NCBI GenBank assembly: GCA_035509415.1
Contig: DATJLQ010000233.1
Location: 10,943 to 74,942 of the forward strand
Reading direction: 5' to 3'
DNA: 64,000 bases
From: Alphaproteobacteria bacterium
Lineage (GTDB): Bacteria; Pseudomonadota; Alphaproteobacteria; JACZXZ01
The notes beneath the pieces are model-generated. The model was given only the letters and a program-made list of their open reading frames with translations. It was not told where the DNA came from and did no database searches. The position numbers were made by a program, and so were the translations under genes. Shown piece after piece: positions 15,958 to 25,801 of the stretch (its first letter is position 1; each line of letters starts with the position of its first letter).

Positions 15958-16014
15958 GAGCGTCGTCGTGAGCGCGTCGTCGTGAGCGCGTCGTCATGAG
16001 GGCATCGGCATGAG
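15955..16014. repeat. 14-bp tandem repeat x4 (TGAGNGCGTCGTCR) spanning the livG-type stop and the livF-type start
   Basis: Read directly. Units begin at 15955, 15969, 15983 and 15997, and a fifth TGAGC begins at 16011. The first TGA is the stop of the upstream ATPase. The A at 16010 plus TG is the start of the next gene. Confidence 0.9.
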
Positions 16015-16678
16015 CTTGGCCGTCGAGGGCCTCGACGTCGATATCGGCGCGACGCGCATCATCCGCGGCGCCCAATTGGTCATGTCTCCCGGTGCCATGT
16101 GCGGCCTCATCGGGCTCAACGGCGCGGGCAAGACCACCTTCATGCGCAGCGTGATGGGGTTCCTCAAGCCGCGCGCGGGCACGATCCGCTTCGGCGACGC
16201 CGAGCTCGACCGGCTCCCGCCGTTCGCGCGCGCGCGGCTCGGCATCGGCTACATGCCCGAGGACCGGAAGCTCATGCCCGACTTCACGGTCGAGGACAAT
16301 GTGCTGCTACCGGCACTCGCCGTGCCGCGCAAGGACGCGGCCGAGCGCCTCGACTGGATCTACGGGCTCATGCCCGAGATCGTCCCCTTCAAGGCGCGGC
16401 GCGCGAGCCAGCTCTCGGGCGGCCAGCAGAAGATGGTGGCGCTCGCGCGCGCCCTCATGTGCGGCACCAAGCTCCTCTTGCTCGACGAGCCGTTCGAGGG
16501 CCTGGCGCCTGCGCTCGCGCGCCGGCTCGGCGAAGTGCTCGCGAAGCTGCCGGGCTCGGGGCTGAGCGTGCTCATGGCGGAATCGAACGAGACCCATGTG
16601 GGCGATCTCCTCGACGAGGTGTTCGTGATCGACCGAGGCACGATCGCGCGGCGCGCGGGCCCGGCGCCGATGGTCTGA
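16010..16678 (+). CDS. ABC transporter ATP-binding protein (LivF-type)
   Basis: 222 aa. Walker A GLNGAGKTT, signature LSGGQQKM, and LLLLDEPFEG. Confidence 0.9.
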   Translation: MSLAVEGLDVDIGATRIIRGAQLVMSPGAMCGLIGLNGAGKTTFMRSVMGFLKPRAGTIRFGDAELDRLPPFARARLGIGYMPEDRKLMPDFTVEDNVLLPALAVPRKDAAERLDWIYGLMPEIVPFKARRASQLSGGQQKMVALARALMCGTKLLLLDEPFEGLAPALARRLGEVLAKLPGSGLSVLMAESNETHVGDLLDEVFVIDRGTIARRAGPAPMV

Positions 16679-16816
16679 GGCGCGCCTGCCCGATTGCGCC
16701 GGTAACGCCGCGAATTCCCGGGCAGATTCGCGCATACTAGAAATCGCTCATAAATCCGGCTAGGCTTCCCGCTCGATAAGATAAAAAGTCTCGAACGATA
16801 AAAGGGGAGGATAAGA

Positions 16817-18088
16817 ATGCCCATCATCGCGAAAGGATGGCGCGCGCTCGCCCTTGGGGCCGCGACACTCGCCCTTGCGGTCGGCCTCGACGCCGTGTCC
16901 GCAACAATGCCGGCCGCCGCCGCCGAGCCGATCAAGATCGGCTTCAGCCTGGGCCTCACGGGCGGCAACGCGCCCAACGGCAATCAGCTCCTGCTCGCGA
17001 TGGAGCTCTGGCGCGACAACATCAACAAGCGCGGCGGCCTGCTCGGCCGGCCGGTCGAGTTCGTCTATTACGACGACCAGACCATGCCGCCGAACGAGCC
17101 CGCGATCTACACCAAGCTGATCGAGGTCGATCATGTCGACCTTCTGCTCGGGCCCTACGGCACAAACCAGATCGTGGCCGGCCTGCCGGTGATCGCGCAG
17201 CACAAATTCACCACCATCGGCATCCTCGGCACCGGCGCCAACGGCCAGATCCACTACAAGAACTATTTCTCGATGATCCCCTTGGGCCAGGATCCGAACC
17301 GTAATTTCTCCAAGGGCTTCTTCGACCTCGCGATGGCGCAGCATCCGAAGCCCAAGACGATCGCGATCGTCGGCGCCGACGCCGAGTTCGGCAAGAACTC
17401 GACCGACGGGGCGCGCGACAATGCCAAGGCCGCGGGCCTCAAGATCGTCTACGACCAGCGCTATCCGCCGAATACGACCGACTTCACCTCCATCGTGCGC
17501 GCGATCCAGGCGACCGACCCGGACATCGTGTTCATCGCGTCCTATCCGCCGGATTCGGTGGGCTTCGTGCGCGCGGCGGCCGAGGTCGGGCTCCGGCCCA
17601 AGATGATGGGCGGCACGATGATCGGGCTCCTCGCGACGCCGCTCAAGATCCAGATGGGCCCGCTCATGAACGGCTACGTCAACAACGAGATCTTCGTGCC
17701 CGCGTTCAAGTTCAAGGGCACCGAGGCGATGCTCAAGGAGTACCAGGAACGCGCCAAGGGAAAGCGCGTCGATCCGCTCGGCTACGGCTTCGCGCCCTTC
17801 GGCTACGCCGCGGCGCAAGTGCTGGGCGAAGCGGTCGAGGGCGCCAAGAGCCTCAATCAGGAGAAGATCGCGGACTATCTGCGCAGCCACAGCTTCTCGA
17901 CCGTCGCGGGCGAGATCGCCTTCGGGAAGGACGGCGAATGGGTGCATCCGCGCATGGCCTTCACCCAGTGGCAGGGCCTGACCGACCACAGCCTCGACCA
18001 GCTCAAGGACCCGAAGCATTGGGTCGTGGTCTGGCCGGCGAAGTACAAGACCGGAAACCTCATCTACCCCTATAGCAAGGCCAAGTGA
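16817..18088 (+). CDS. second ABC transporter substrate-binding protein (Leu/Ile/Val-binding family)
   Basis: 423 aa. It has a GGGGAGG RBS and a signal peptide (LALAVGLDAVSATMPAAAAEP), then IKIGFSLGLTGG, which is typical of the family. Confidence 0.86.
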   Translation: MPIIAKGWRALALGAATLALAVGLDAVSATMPAAAAEPIKIGFSLGLTGGNAPNGNQLLLAMELWRDNINKRGGLLGRPVEFVYYDDQTMPPNEPAIYTKLIEVDHVDLLLGPYGTNQIVAGLPVIAQHKFTTIGILGTGANGQIHYKNYFSMIPLGQDPNRNFSKGFFDLAMAQHPKPKTIAIVGADAEFGKNSTDGARDNAKAAGLKIVYDQRYPPNTTDFTSIVRAIQATDPDIVFIASYPPDSVGFVRAAAEVGLRPKMMGGTMIGLLATPLKIQMGPLMNGYVNNEIFVPAFKFKGTEAMLKEYQERAKGKRVDPLGYGFAPFGYAAAQVLGEAVEGAKSLNQEKIADYLRSHSFSTVAGEIAFGKDGEWVHPRMAFTQWQGLTDHSLDQLKDPKHWVVVWPAKYKTGNLIYPYSKAK

Positions 18089-18092
18089 CGCC

Positions 18093-19046
18093 GTGCATCT
18101 CGTAACGATCGAGCGCCCGGGTGCGGAGCCGAGCCCGGGTGCGCTCCTGGGCTCGGAAGTCCTCGTCTTCGCGGCGGCGGGCGACGCGTTGCCCGCGGCG
18201 CGCGGGATTCCGGGCTCGATGCGCGCGATCCTCGAGGCGGGCGAGCCCGCGCTCGATCTCGTGCGCCGCATGCTCGACGCGGCGCAAGGCCTCTCCGCGG
18301 CCGAGCGCTTGCGCGACCAGGGGGCGCTCGTGCCGCGCGCGCGGGCGACATTGCTCGCCCCCGTGCCGGACCCGCTTCTGATCCTTTCCTGCGGCATGAA
18401 TTACCGCGCGCATTTGGCCGAGATGAAGACGCCGGTGCCCGAGCGGCCCGCCGCCTTCACCAAGAACGCCGCACAACTCATCGGGCCCGAGGCACCCATC
18501 CTGTTACCGCCGTCGAACCCCGACATGGTCGATTGGGAGGGCGAGCTCACGGTGGTGATCGGCCGCGCGTGCCATCGCGTGAGTGCGAAGGAGGCGCTCG
18601 CCCACGTCGCGGGCTACACCATCGTCAATGACGTCTCGGCGCGCGATTGGGTCGCCCCCGTATTCGCGTCGCAAGGGGTCATGGGCGCCATCCACGCCTG
18701 GGAGCACAATCTTCTGGGGAAGCAGTTCCCCACCTTCTGCCCGATGGGCCCGGCCCTGGTCACGCGCGACGAGATTCCCGACCCCGGCGATCTCCATCTC
18801 GAGACCCGGCTCAACGGCAAGGTCATGCAATCGACCAGCACCAGCGACCTCGTGTTCGGGGTCGCGGAGCTCATCGCCTATTATTCCCAGTTCTATCGCT
18901 TCCGCCCGGGCGACGCGATCACCACCGGCTCGCCCGCGGGCGTGGGCTACGGCCGCAATCCCAAGGTCTTCATGCGCGCGGGCGACCGGATCGAGGTCGA
19001 GATCGAGAAGATCGGCGTGCTGGCGAACCCGGTCGCGGCCGGCTGA
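18093..19046 (+). CDS. fumarylacetoacetate hydrolase (FAH) family protein
   Basis: 317 aa. The C-terminal FAH domain shows VDWEGELTVVIG, VNDVSARD and GDAITTGSPAGVG. GTG start. Confidence 0.88.
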   Translation: MHLVTIERPGAEPSPGALLGSEVLVFAAAGDALPAARGIPGSMRAILEAGEPALDLVRRMLDAAQGLSAAERLRDQGALVPRARATLLAPVPDPLLILSCGMNYRAHLAEMKTPVPERPAAFTKNAAQLIGPEAPILLPPSNPDMVDWEGELTVVIGRACHRVSAKEALAHVAGYTIVNDVSARDWVAPVFASQGVMGAIHAWEHNLLGKQFPTFCPMGPALVTRDEIPDPGDLHLETRLNGKVMQSTSTSDLVFGVAELIAYYSQFYRFRPGDAITTGSPAGVGYGRNPKVFMRAGDRIEVEIEKIGVLANPVAAG

Positions 19047-19175
19047 GGGGCCGGCGCCGCGGGCCCGCGGGATTTGCCCGGTCCGGGACGCTCATGTAGA
19101 CTTGCTTCAACGAGACGGGGCCGGAAGCGCTTCGAATCCCGCCCGCCCCCAGGAAACGCGAACCAGGAGGCCAAC

Positions 19176-19718
19176 ATGCCGGTCGCCGCGCTCGATTCCG
19201 AGACCCACGCCCACGGTCCGTCCAAGGCCCACGCGAAGCCGGAGCCCGCGCTCAAGCTCAATTTCATGTCCCACGGCACGCTCGAATCCCTCGATCTCGA
19301 GTTCGCGCGCCGCTTCTTCGAGGAATTCCTCGGCATGGACGTGGTACAGACGAGCCCGATCTCGCTCCTGATCCGCTTGGGCGGCAACAACACGATCGCG
19401 GTCGTGAAGGCGAAGAAGAAGGAGCCCATGTCCCTCCTCAACCATAACGGCCTCGACGTCGAGACCCAGGAGGAGGTCGACGCCGCGTACCGCACCGTGA
19501 TGGAGCAGAAGGACGTCTGGAAGCTCACCAAGATCTCGAAGCCGATCCTGCAGCACGGGACCTACAGCTTCTATTTCTGGGACGCGGACCAGAATTGCTG
19601 GGAAATCCTGTCCAATCCCAAGGGCGGCTATTCGTGGCTGTTCGAGCTCGGCGATCTCGAGGGCAAGGGCCACCAGGACCGCAACTTCAAGCGCCCGGGG
19701 GTGAAGACCCAGCCCTGA
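19176..19718 (+). CDS. VOC (glyoxalase/bleomycin-resistance/extradiol dioxygenase) family protein
   Basis: The ATG at 19176 follows CAGGAGG. The core (HGTLESLDLEFARRFFEEFLGMDVV ... YSFYFWDADQNCWEI) looks VOC-like. Confidence 0.7.
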   Translation: MPVAALDSETHAHGPSKAHAKPEPALKLNFMSHGTLESLDLEFARRFFEEFLGMDVVQTSPISLLIRLGGNNTIAVVKAKKKEPMSLLNHNGLDVETQEEVDAAYRTVMEQKDVWKLTKISKPILQHGTYSFYFWDADQNCWEILSNPKGGYSWLFELGDLEGKGHQDRNFKRPGVKTQP

Positions 19719-19868
19719 GGCACGGCGTCGAAACGTCCGTCGATCCTCGGCCGTCCGGTGACCGGGCGCGCGTTGGCGCCGATCGGGCGCCGAATTCGTT
19801 GCGACCGGACCTCGATATTCGACCCAATCACCTTCGATCGAAAGCGAACGGAAGCGAGGAGACTACGC

Positions 19869-20174
19869 ATGGCATGGCAGCGGGTGGCGTCGGTCAAGGA
19901 CGTGACGGAGGGGGACGGGTTCGCCGTCACGGTCGGCAGCCTCGAGATCGCGCTCTACAAGCTCGGCGACAAATATTTCGCGCTCGAGGACGTGTGTCCC
20001 CACGCCTACGCGCTGCTCTCGACCGGCTTCGTCGAGGGCGAGAAGGTCTCCTGCCCCATGCACGGCGCCGAGTTCCACATCCCGACCGGGAAATGCCTCG
20101 GGCCGCCCGCGGACCGCGATCTCGCGACCTATCCGGTCAAGATCGAGGGCGACGATCTGCTCATCGACGCGTGA
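19869..20174 (+). CDS. Rieske [2Fe-2S] ferredoxin (oxygenase ferredoxin component type)
   Basis: 101 aa. Rieske motif CPHAYALL...CPMHGAEF. No oxygenase or reductase gene lies adjacent. Confidence 0.88.
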   Translation: MAWQRVASVKDVTEGDGFAVTVGSLEIALYKLGDKYFALEDVCPHAYALLSTGFVEGEKVSCPMHGAEFHIPTGKCLGPPADRDLATYPVKIEGDDLLIDA

Positions 20175-20506
20175 GCGGCCGATAAGATAGTTGCCGCTCG
20201 GTGCGCCGCCGGGCGCCTGCATGGCGCGCTCGGAAATGCCTCGGCCCGCGCTCGAAAACCGCTCGATTGCGCGCACGCGCGCGATCGCCGCGGCCGTTCG
20301 AGGTCTCCCAAACTTACCGCTGAATGGGACGGGTCTTAATGGTTCGACCGCGTCCGCCGCGGCGAATCGCGCGCTGCCGATTCGGCAGCGGCCATGGCAA
20401 AAAAAGCTTCTACTCGGCTCACAGGTTCTATGACACGATTTTCTCCGTATTGCGCGCCGGGCGCGCGAGCAATCGCAACCGGAACGACGTCGAAGGTGGG
20501 GCAATC

Positions 20507-21559
20507 ATGGCCGAACGGAAGAACGCGGGACTGGATCTGAGCCGGCGCGTGCTCATGCGCGGCGGGGCCGCGGCGGGCGCCGGGCTGGTGCTCGGCGGCG
20601 GCTTGCTCGGCTTCGAGCCCGCGCGCGCGGCCGGGCCCACGGTCGTGAACATGCAGCTCGGCTGGCTCGAGAGCGGCGACCAGCTGGGCGAGATCGCGGC
20701 GAAGCGCTTGGGCTATTTCGCCGACGAAGGGCTCGAGCTCAAGATCCAGCCCGGCGGCCCCAACACCGACGGCGTCGCTATCGTCGCCTCGGGCCGCTGC
20801 GAGCTCGGGCAGATCTCGTCGAGCCCGTCCCTCATGCTCGCGGCATCCGAGGACATTCCGGTGCGCTGCTTCGCGGTGGGCAAGCAACAGCACCCCTACG
20901 CCTTCTTCTCGCTGCCCAAGAACCCGGTCCGGAAGCCCGCCGACTTCCGCGGGAAGCGCGTCGGCATCCAGGCGACCGGCGTGATCCTGCTACGCGCCCT
21001 CCTGGTCAAGAACGGCATGGATCTCAAGGATGTGGAGGTGGTCAATATCGGCTTCACCATGACCCCGCTCATGACCGGCCAGGTCGACGTGGTGACCGGC
21101 TGGGTCACCAGCGTCACGGCGCTCAAGGTGCTGCCGCCGGATTACGTGACGCTCCGGCTGTGGGACGCGGGTGTCAAGCTCTACGCCCATCCCTATTACG
21201 CCACATCGGAGACGCTCAAAACCAAGAAGGCGCTCCTCGAGCGCTTCGTGCGCGCGGCCGCGCGCGGCTGGGGCTACGCCTACAAGAATCCGGACAAGGC
21301 GGTCGATCTCCTGGTCCAGGAGCTGCCCAACCTGGTCGCCGCCGACGAGCGCAAGGGTGCGGAGATCGCGCTCAAATACGAATTCGACGCGGAGACCAAG
21401 AAGCATGGCTGGGGTGCGATGGATCCGAAGATCTGGCAGGACCAGATCGACCTCTACGCCAAGCTCGGCCAATTCACCAAGCGCACGCCGAAGCTCCATG
21501 AGGTGATGACCCTCGAGATTCTCAAGGCGACCGAGAAGAGCCGGCCGCATTTCGGCTGA
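20507..21559 (+). CDS. ABC transporter substrate-binding protein (NMT1/THI5-like, NitT/TauT family) with Tat-type signal
   Basis: Start at the ATG at 20507 (MAERKNAGLDLSRRVLMRGGAAAGAGL). It has a twin-arginine-like leader and is followed by a matching ATPase and permease. Confidence 0.85.
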   Translation: MAERKNAGLDLSRRVLMRGGAAAGAGLVLGGGLLGFEPARAAGPTVVNMQLGWLESGDQLGEIAAKRLGYFADEGLELKIQPGGPNTDGVAIVASGRCELGQISSSPSLMLAASEDIPVRCFAVGKQQHPYAFFSLPKNPVRKPADFRGKRVGIQATGVILLRALLVKNGMDLKDVEVVNIGFTMTPLMTGQVDVVTGWVTSVTALKVLPPDYVTLRLWDAGVKLYAHPYYATSETLKTKKALLERFVRAAARGWGYAYKNPDKAVDLLVQELPNLVAADERKGAEIALKYEFDAETKKHGWGAMDPKIWQDQIDLYAKLGQFTKRTPKLHEVMTLEILKATEKSRPHFG

Positions 21560-21562
21560 CGC

Positions 21563-22390
21563 GTGGGCGGAGCGCGCATGCTCGATCACCGAATGACCGA
21601 CCCCGCGCCCGTCGCCGTCTCGGCGCTCGTCGCGGTCGAGTGCACGGGGGCGACGGTGCGTTTCGCGAGCGCGCGTCGCGCGGTCACGGCACTCGAGGAC
21701 GTGTCGCTTGAGGTCGAGCAAGGCGGCTTCCTCACCATCCTCGGGCCCTCGGGCTGCGGCAAGTCGACCCTTCTTCGCCTCATCGCCGACCTGGTCGCAC
21801 CGGCCGCGGGCCGCGTGCGCGTGCTCGGCGACGAGCCCGCGGTCGCGCGCAAGAAGCGATCGATCGGCTTCGTGTTCCAGGACGCGACTCTCCTCCCCTG
21901 GCGTTCGGCGCTCGACAACGTCTCGCTCCCGCTCGAGATCGGGCTGCGCGAGGGTGCGCCGCCGCGTGCGCGCGACCCGAAGGAGCTCCTGAAGCTCGTG
22001 GGCCTTGCGGGATGGGAGCATGCGCTGCCGCACGAGCTTTCGGGCGGGATGCGCCAGCGCGTCTCGATCGCGCGGGCACTCGTCGCCGGGCCCAAGGTGC
22101 TCCTGATGGACGAGCCCTTCGGCGCCCTCGACGAGATCACGCGCGACCGGCTCAACGAGGAGCTGTTGCGCATCTGGCACGAGACAGGGGTCACCATCCT
22201 GTTCGTGACCCACAGCATCTACGAGGCCGCGTTCCTCGGCCAACGCGTGCTCGTGATGTCGGCCCATCCGGGGCGCGTGCGCGAAATCGTGCCCATCGAC
22301 GTGCCCGAGCCGCGCCGCCTCGCGGTGCGCGAGAGCCCGCGCTTCGTCGCGATCGCGGCCCATCTGCGCGCGCTCCTGGAGACCTGCTGA
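21563..22390 (+). CDS. ABC transporter ATP-binding protein (NitT/TauT family)
   Basis: Walker [25 protein letters not shown], and [11 protein letters not shown]. The start is uncertain: GTG 21563, ATG 21578 or ATG 21593. Confidence 0.88.
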   Translation: MGGARMLDHRMTDPAPVAVSALVAVECTGATVRFASARRAVTALEDVSLEVEQGGFLTILGPSGCGKSTLLRLIADLVAPAAGRVRVLGDEPAVARKKRSIGFVFQDATLLPWRSALDNVSLPLEIGLREGAPPRARDPKELLKLVGLAGWEHALPHELSGGMRQRVSIARALVAGPKVLLMDEPFGALDEITRDRLNEELLRIWHETGVTILFVTHSIYEAAFLGQRVLVMSAHPGRVREIVPIDVPEPRRLAVRESPRFVAIAAHLRALLETC

Positions 22391-23211
22391 TGGCCGCGAC
22401 CGCGCACATCCTCGAGACCGACGCCGACGCGGCCTTCCTCGCGGCCGAGCGGCGCGCGGCCTGGCGCCGGCGCCTGTTGCCGGTCGCGGGCCTCGCCTTC
22501 ATGCTGTTCCTCTGGTGGGCGGTGGTCGTCATCTTCGACGTGAAGCCCTTCGTGGCGCCGGCACCCCAGGTGGTCGCGGCGACGCTTTACGGCCGGTTCG
22601 GCGTGCTCATGACGAACCTCGCGCCGACGGCGCTCGAGGCCGTGCTCGGCTATCTCCTCGGCAACGCGACCGCGATCCTGGTCGCAACCGCCTTCGTCCA
22701 CCGGCGCACGGTGCAGGAGGCGTTCTTCCCGATCGCGGTCCTGATCAACTCGATCCCGATCGTGGCCCAGGCGCCGATCCTCATCCTGCTGCTCGGGAAC
22801 GGCATCGCGCCCAAGGTCGCGATCGCGGCCATGATCTGCTTCTTCCCGACCCTCGTGAACATGGTGCGCGGCCTGAGTGCGGTGAACCCGCAAGCGCTCG
22901 AGCTCATGCACGTGCTCTCGGCGAGCAAGCGCGAGATTTTCTTCAAGCTCCGGCTCCAGAGCTCGCTTCCCTATCTGTTCTCGGCGCTCAAGATCACCGC
23001 CAGCACGTCGGTGATCGGCGCCATCGTGGGCGAGTGGATCGGCTCGCAGACCGGCCTCGGCGCGCTCATCATCCAGGCGACGTTCAACTTCGACTCGGCG
23101 CTGCTCTACGCGACCGTGGCCGTGGGCTCGTGCTTCTCGATCACCTTCTTCCTCCTGATCCTGGCGCTCGAGCGGGTGTGCATCCGCTGGCAGCCCGCCC
23201 CCCTCACCTGA
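22390..23211 (+). CDS. ABC transporter permease (NitT/TauT family)
   Basis: The ATG at 22390 overlaps the upstream TGA. It is polytopic and has an EAA-like loop (LSASKREIFFKLRLQSSLPYLF). Confidence 0.88.
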   Translation: MAATAHILETDADAAFLAAERRAAWRRRLLPVAGLAFMLFLWWAVVVIFDVKPFVAPAPQVVAATLYGRFGVLMTNLAPTALEAVLGYLLGNATAILVATAFVHRRTVQEAFFPIAVLINSIPIVAQAPILILLLGNGIAPKVAIAAMICFFPTLVNMVRGLSAVNPQALELMHVLSASKREIFFKLRLQSSLPYLFSALKITASTSVIGAIVGEWIGSQTGLGALIIQATFNFDSALLYATVAVGSCFSITFFLLILALERVCIRWQPAPLT

Positions 23212-23231
23212 GACCCCGGAAAGGATACCCG

Positions 23232-24593
23232 ATGTCCGACGCCACCCTCGAACGAAGCCTCGACGCCCGCATCGTCTCGCGCGCGGACGTGGTCGTGGTG
23301 GGCGGCGGACCCGCGGGCATGAGCGCCGCCGTCGCGGCCGCGCGCAGCGGGGTCAAGGTGACGCTCCTCGAGCGCTATCCCTATTTGGGCGGCCTCGCCT
23401 CGGGTGGGATGGTTCTCGTGCTCGACGACATGATCAACGGCGCCGAGATCACCGTGCGCGGCCTGTGCCACGAGACGATCGAGCGGCTCGAGCGCATCGG
23501 GCTCGCGGTCTATCCGCCCGAATCCGAGCGCGGCAGCGACCCCACGGCGTTCAGGAAATGGTTCCGCTGGGGCGCTTTCGATTTCCATTCCCACACCAAG
23601 CCCCAGCCCGTGTGCTACGCGGTCGCGTTCGACCCGGACGGCTGGAAGCGCGTCTCGAACGATCTCGTGCGCGAGAGCGGCGTCGAGCTTCGCCTCCATA
23701 GCTGGTTCGCGCGCACGATCGTCGAGGACGGGCGCGCCCGCGGCGTGGTGTGCGAGACCAAGGCGGGGCGCGAGGCGATCCTGGGCGACGTGGTGATCGA
23801 CGCGACCGGCGATCTCGACGTGGCGGCGAGCGCCGGAGCGCCCTTCATCCACGGCAACTACATCGTCACCACCGTGTTTCGTCTCGGCGGCGTCGACACC
23901 GAGGCGGCCGAGCGCTTCCAGTTCGAGGAGCCCGAGCGCTTCCAGGCGCTCGACCGGCAGGCGAAGCGCACGCTCGGCGGGAGCTGGGAGAATTGGTGGC
24001 TCAAGACGCCGCTCCCCGGCATCGTCTGGTGCAATTGCCCGCACATGCCCGACCTCGACGGGCTCAAGGTCGAGGACCTCACCAAGGCCGAGTTCGAGGG
24101 GCGGAAGCGCATCTTCGCGCTGCTCGACTACGTGCGCGCGAGCATGCCCGGCTTCGAGCGCGCCTACGTGGTCGACGTGGCCCCCCAGACCGGCATCCGC
24201 CAGACGCGCCTCCTCGAGGGCGAATATGTCGTGACCAAGGAGGACGTGATCGAGCGGGTCCACTTCAGGGACAGCGTCGCGCGCGGGCGCGACTATTACA
24301 CGCCCTACCGCGCGCTCCTCCCGAAGGGCGTCGACCAGCTCTTGGTCGCGGGCCGCCATTATTCCGCGACCTCCCAGGCGCAGAAGATCTCGCGCGAGAT
24401 TCCGCCCTGCATGGCCATGGGCGAGGCGGCCGGCATCGCCGCCGCGATGGCGCTCGAGGCCCGCGTCTCGGTCAAGAAGATCGACGTGCCCACGCTTCAA
24501 CAGCGGCTCCGCGCGCGCGGGGCCGATCCCGGCGACCGTCCTTCCGCCAACGCGCGCGTCGCCGATGCGCGAATTTTGGAGATGCAATCGTGA
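23232..24593 (+). CDS. FAD-dependent oxidoreductase (FAD_oxidored-type, function unknown)
   Basis: 453 aa. N-terminal dinucleotide fold VVVVGGGPAGMSAAVAAARSG. The ATG is preceded by GGAAAGGA. Confidence 0.85.
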   Translation: MSDATLERSLDARIVSRADVVVVGGGPAGMSAAVAAARSGVKVTLLERYPYLGGLASGGMVLVLDDMINGAEITVRGLCHETIERLERIGLAVYPPESERGSDPTAFRKWFRWGAFDFHSHTKPQPVCYAVAFDPDGWKRVSNDLVRESGVELRLHSWFARTIVEDGRARGVVCETKAGREAILGDVVIDATGDLDVAASAGAPFIHGNYIVTTVFRLGGVDTEAAERFQFEEPERFQALDRQAKRTLGGSWENWWLKTPLPGIVWCNCPHMPDLDGLKVEDLTKAEFEGRKRIFALLDYVRASMPGFERAYVVDVAPQTGIRQTRLLEGEYVVTKEDVIERVHFRDSVARGRDYYTPYRALLPKGVDQLLVAGRHYSATSQAQKISREIPPCMAMGEAAGIAAAMALEARVSVKKIDVPTLQQRLRARGADPGDRPSANARVADARILEMQS

Positions 24594-25801
24594 ACGCGCC
24601 CCACATCCGCTCCCTCGACCGTACCGCTCAGCCGCTCGCGGGCGTGCGCGTGATCGACTTCACCCAGGTCATGCTCGGCCCTTGCGCGACGCAAGTGCTG
24701 GGCGATTACGGCGCCGACGTGATCAAGATCGAGCGCATGGGGGCGGGCGACCTCTCGCGCTCGTCGATCCCGAACGATCCGGGCGGCCAGCAGAACCCGG
24801 TCTTCTGCAGCCTCAACCGCAACAAGCGCAGCCTGGCGCTCAACCTGCGTACCGAGGAGGGCCGCGCCGTCGCGCGCCGTCTCATCGAAACCGCGGACGT
24901 CGTGGTCAACAATTTCCGCGCCGGGGTGATGGAGCTCATGGGCCTCGGCTACGACGAGCTCACGCGCATCAACCCGCGTATCATCTTCGCGTCGGGCACC
25001 GGCTTCGGCACCGAGGGGCCCTACGCCCACAAGGGCGGCCAGGACGTTTTGGCCCAGGCGCTTTCGGGCACCATGGCGCGCAGGGCCGACGCGAGCCTGC
25101 CGCTTTCGATCTATCCGACCGCACTCGCCGACTACTCGGCCGGCATGCACCTGGTCCAGGGCATTCTCCTGGCATTGCTCCAACGCGAGCGCACGGGCAT
25201 CGGGCAGATGGTCTCGGTTTCGCTCTACGACAGCATGCTCGCGATGCAGATGCAGGAGGCCGCGATGTGGCTCATGCGCCAGCGCGAGCTCAATTGGGCC
25301 GCGATGCCGCTGAGCGGCGTGTTCGAGACGAAGGACGGCGCGCTCGTGCTGGTGGGCGCCTTCAAGGCCCACCCCTTGCGCGACATTTGCGCGGCACTCG
25401 GCATCGACGATTTGTCGAGCGACCCGCGCTTCGAGCATTTCGAGCTCATGGTCGCGAACAAGAAGGCGCTCCAGGACCTGCTGCGCGCCCGCTTCCGCAC
25501 CGGGACGACGGCGCACTGGATCGAGGCGCTCGAGGGGCAGGACCTCTTGTGCGCGCCGGTCAAGTCGCTTGCCGACGCGCTCGCCGACCCGCAGACCGCG
25601 GTCAACGGCATGCTGGTCGAGGTCGAGGCGGGGAACGAGGTGCAGCGCTTCGTGGGCTCGCCGATCCATCTCTCGAGCCGCGCCTTCGCCGTGCGCCGGG
25701 CACCGCCGCGCCTGGGCCAGAACGGCGAGGAGATTCTGGGCGAGCACGGCTATAGCCATGACGCGATCGCGGCGCTCAAGGCCGAGGGCGTGGTCGCGTG
25801 A
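24590..25801 (+). CDS. class III CoA-transferase (CaiB/BaiF family)
   Basis: The GTG at 24590 overlaps the upstream stop (GTGA). The N-terminus LAGVRVIDFTQVMLGPCATQVLGDYGADVIKIE is typical of the family. Confidence 0.88.
   Translation: MNAPHIRSLDRTAQPLAGVRVIDFTQVMLGPCATQVLGDYGADVIKIERMGAGDLSRSSIPNDPGGQQNPVFCSLNRNKRSLALNLRTEEGRAVARRLIETADVVVNNFRAGVMELMGLGYDELTRINPRIIFASGTGFGTEGPYAHKGGQDVLAQALSGTMARRADASLPLSIYPTALADYSAGMHLVQGILLALLQRERTGIGQMVSVSLYDSMLAMQMQEAAMWLMRQRELNWAAMPLSGVFETKDGALVLVGAFKAHPLRDICAALGIDDLSSDPRFEHFELMVANKKALQDLLRARFRTGTTAHWIEALEGQDLLCAPVKSLADALADPQTAVNGMLVEVEAGNEVQRFVGSPIHLSSRAFAVRRAPPRLGQNGEEILGEHGYSHDAIAALKAEGVVA

Noticed and set aside
20330-20350. GGTTCGA-containing stretch that might hint at a tRNA T-arm
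   Set aside because: No acceptor-stem pairing, anticodon arm or full T-loop consensus can be built around it. I found no tRNA-like cloverleaf in any intergenic region I read.
20175-20506. Possible TPP (or other) riboswitch upstream of the NMT1/THI5-like binding protein
   Set aside because: I looked for the CTGAGA / ACCCTT..GAACCTGATC-type TPP core and did not see it. Only a simple hairpin is present.
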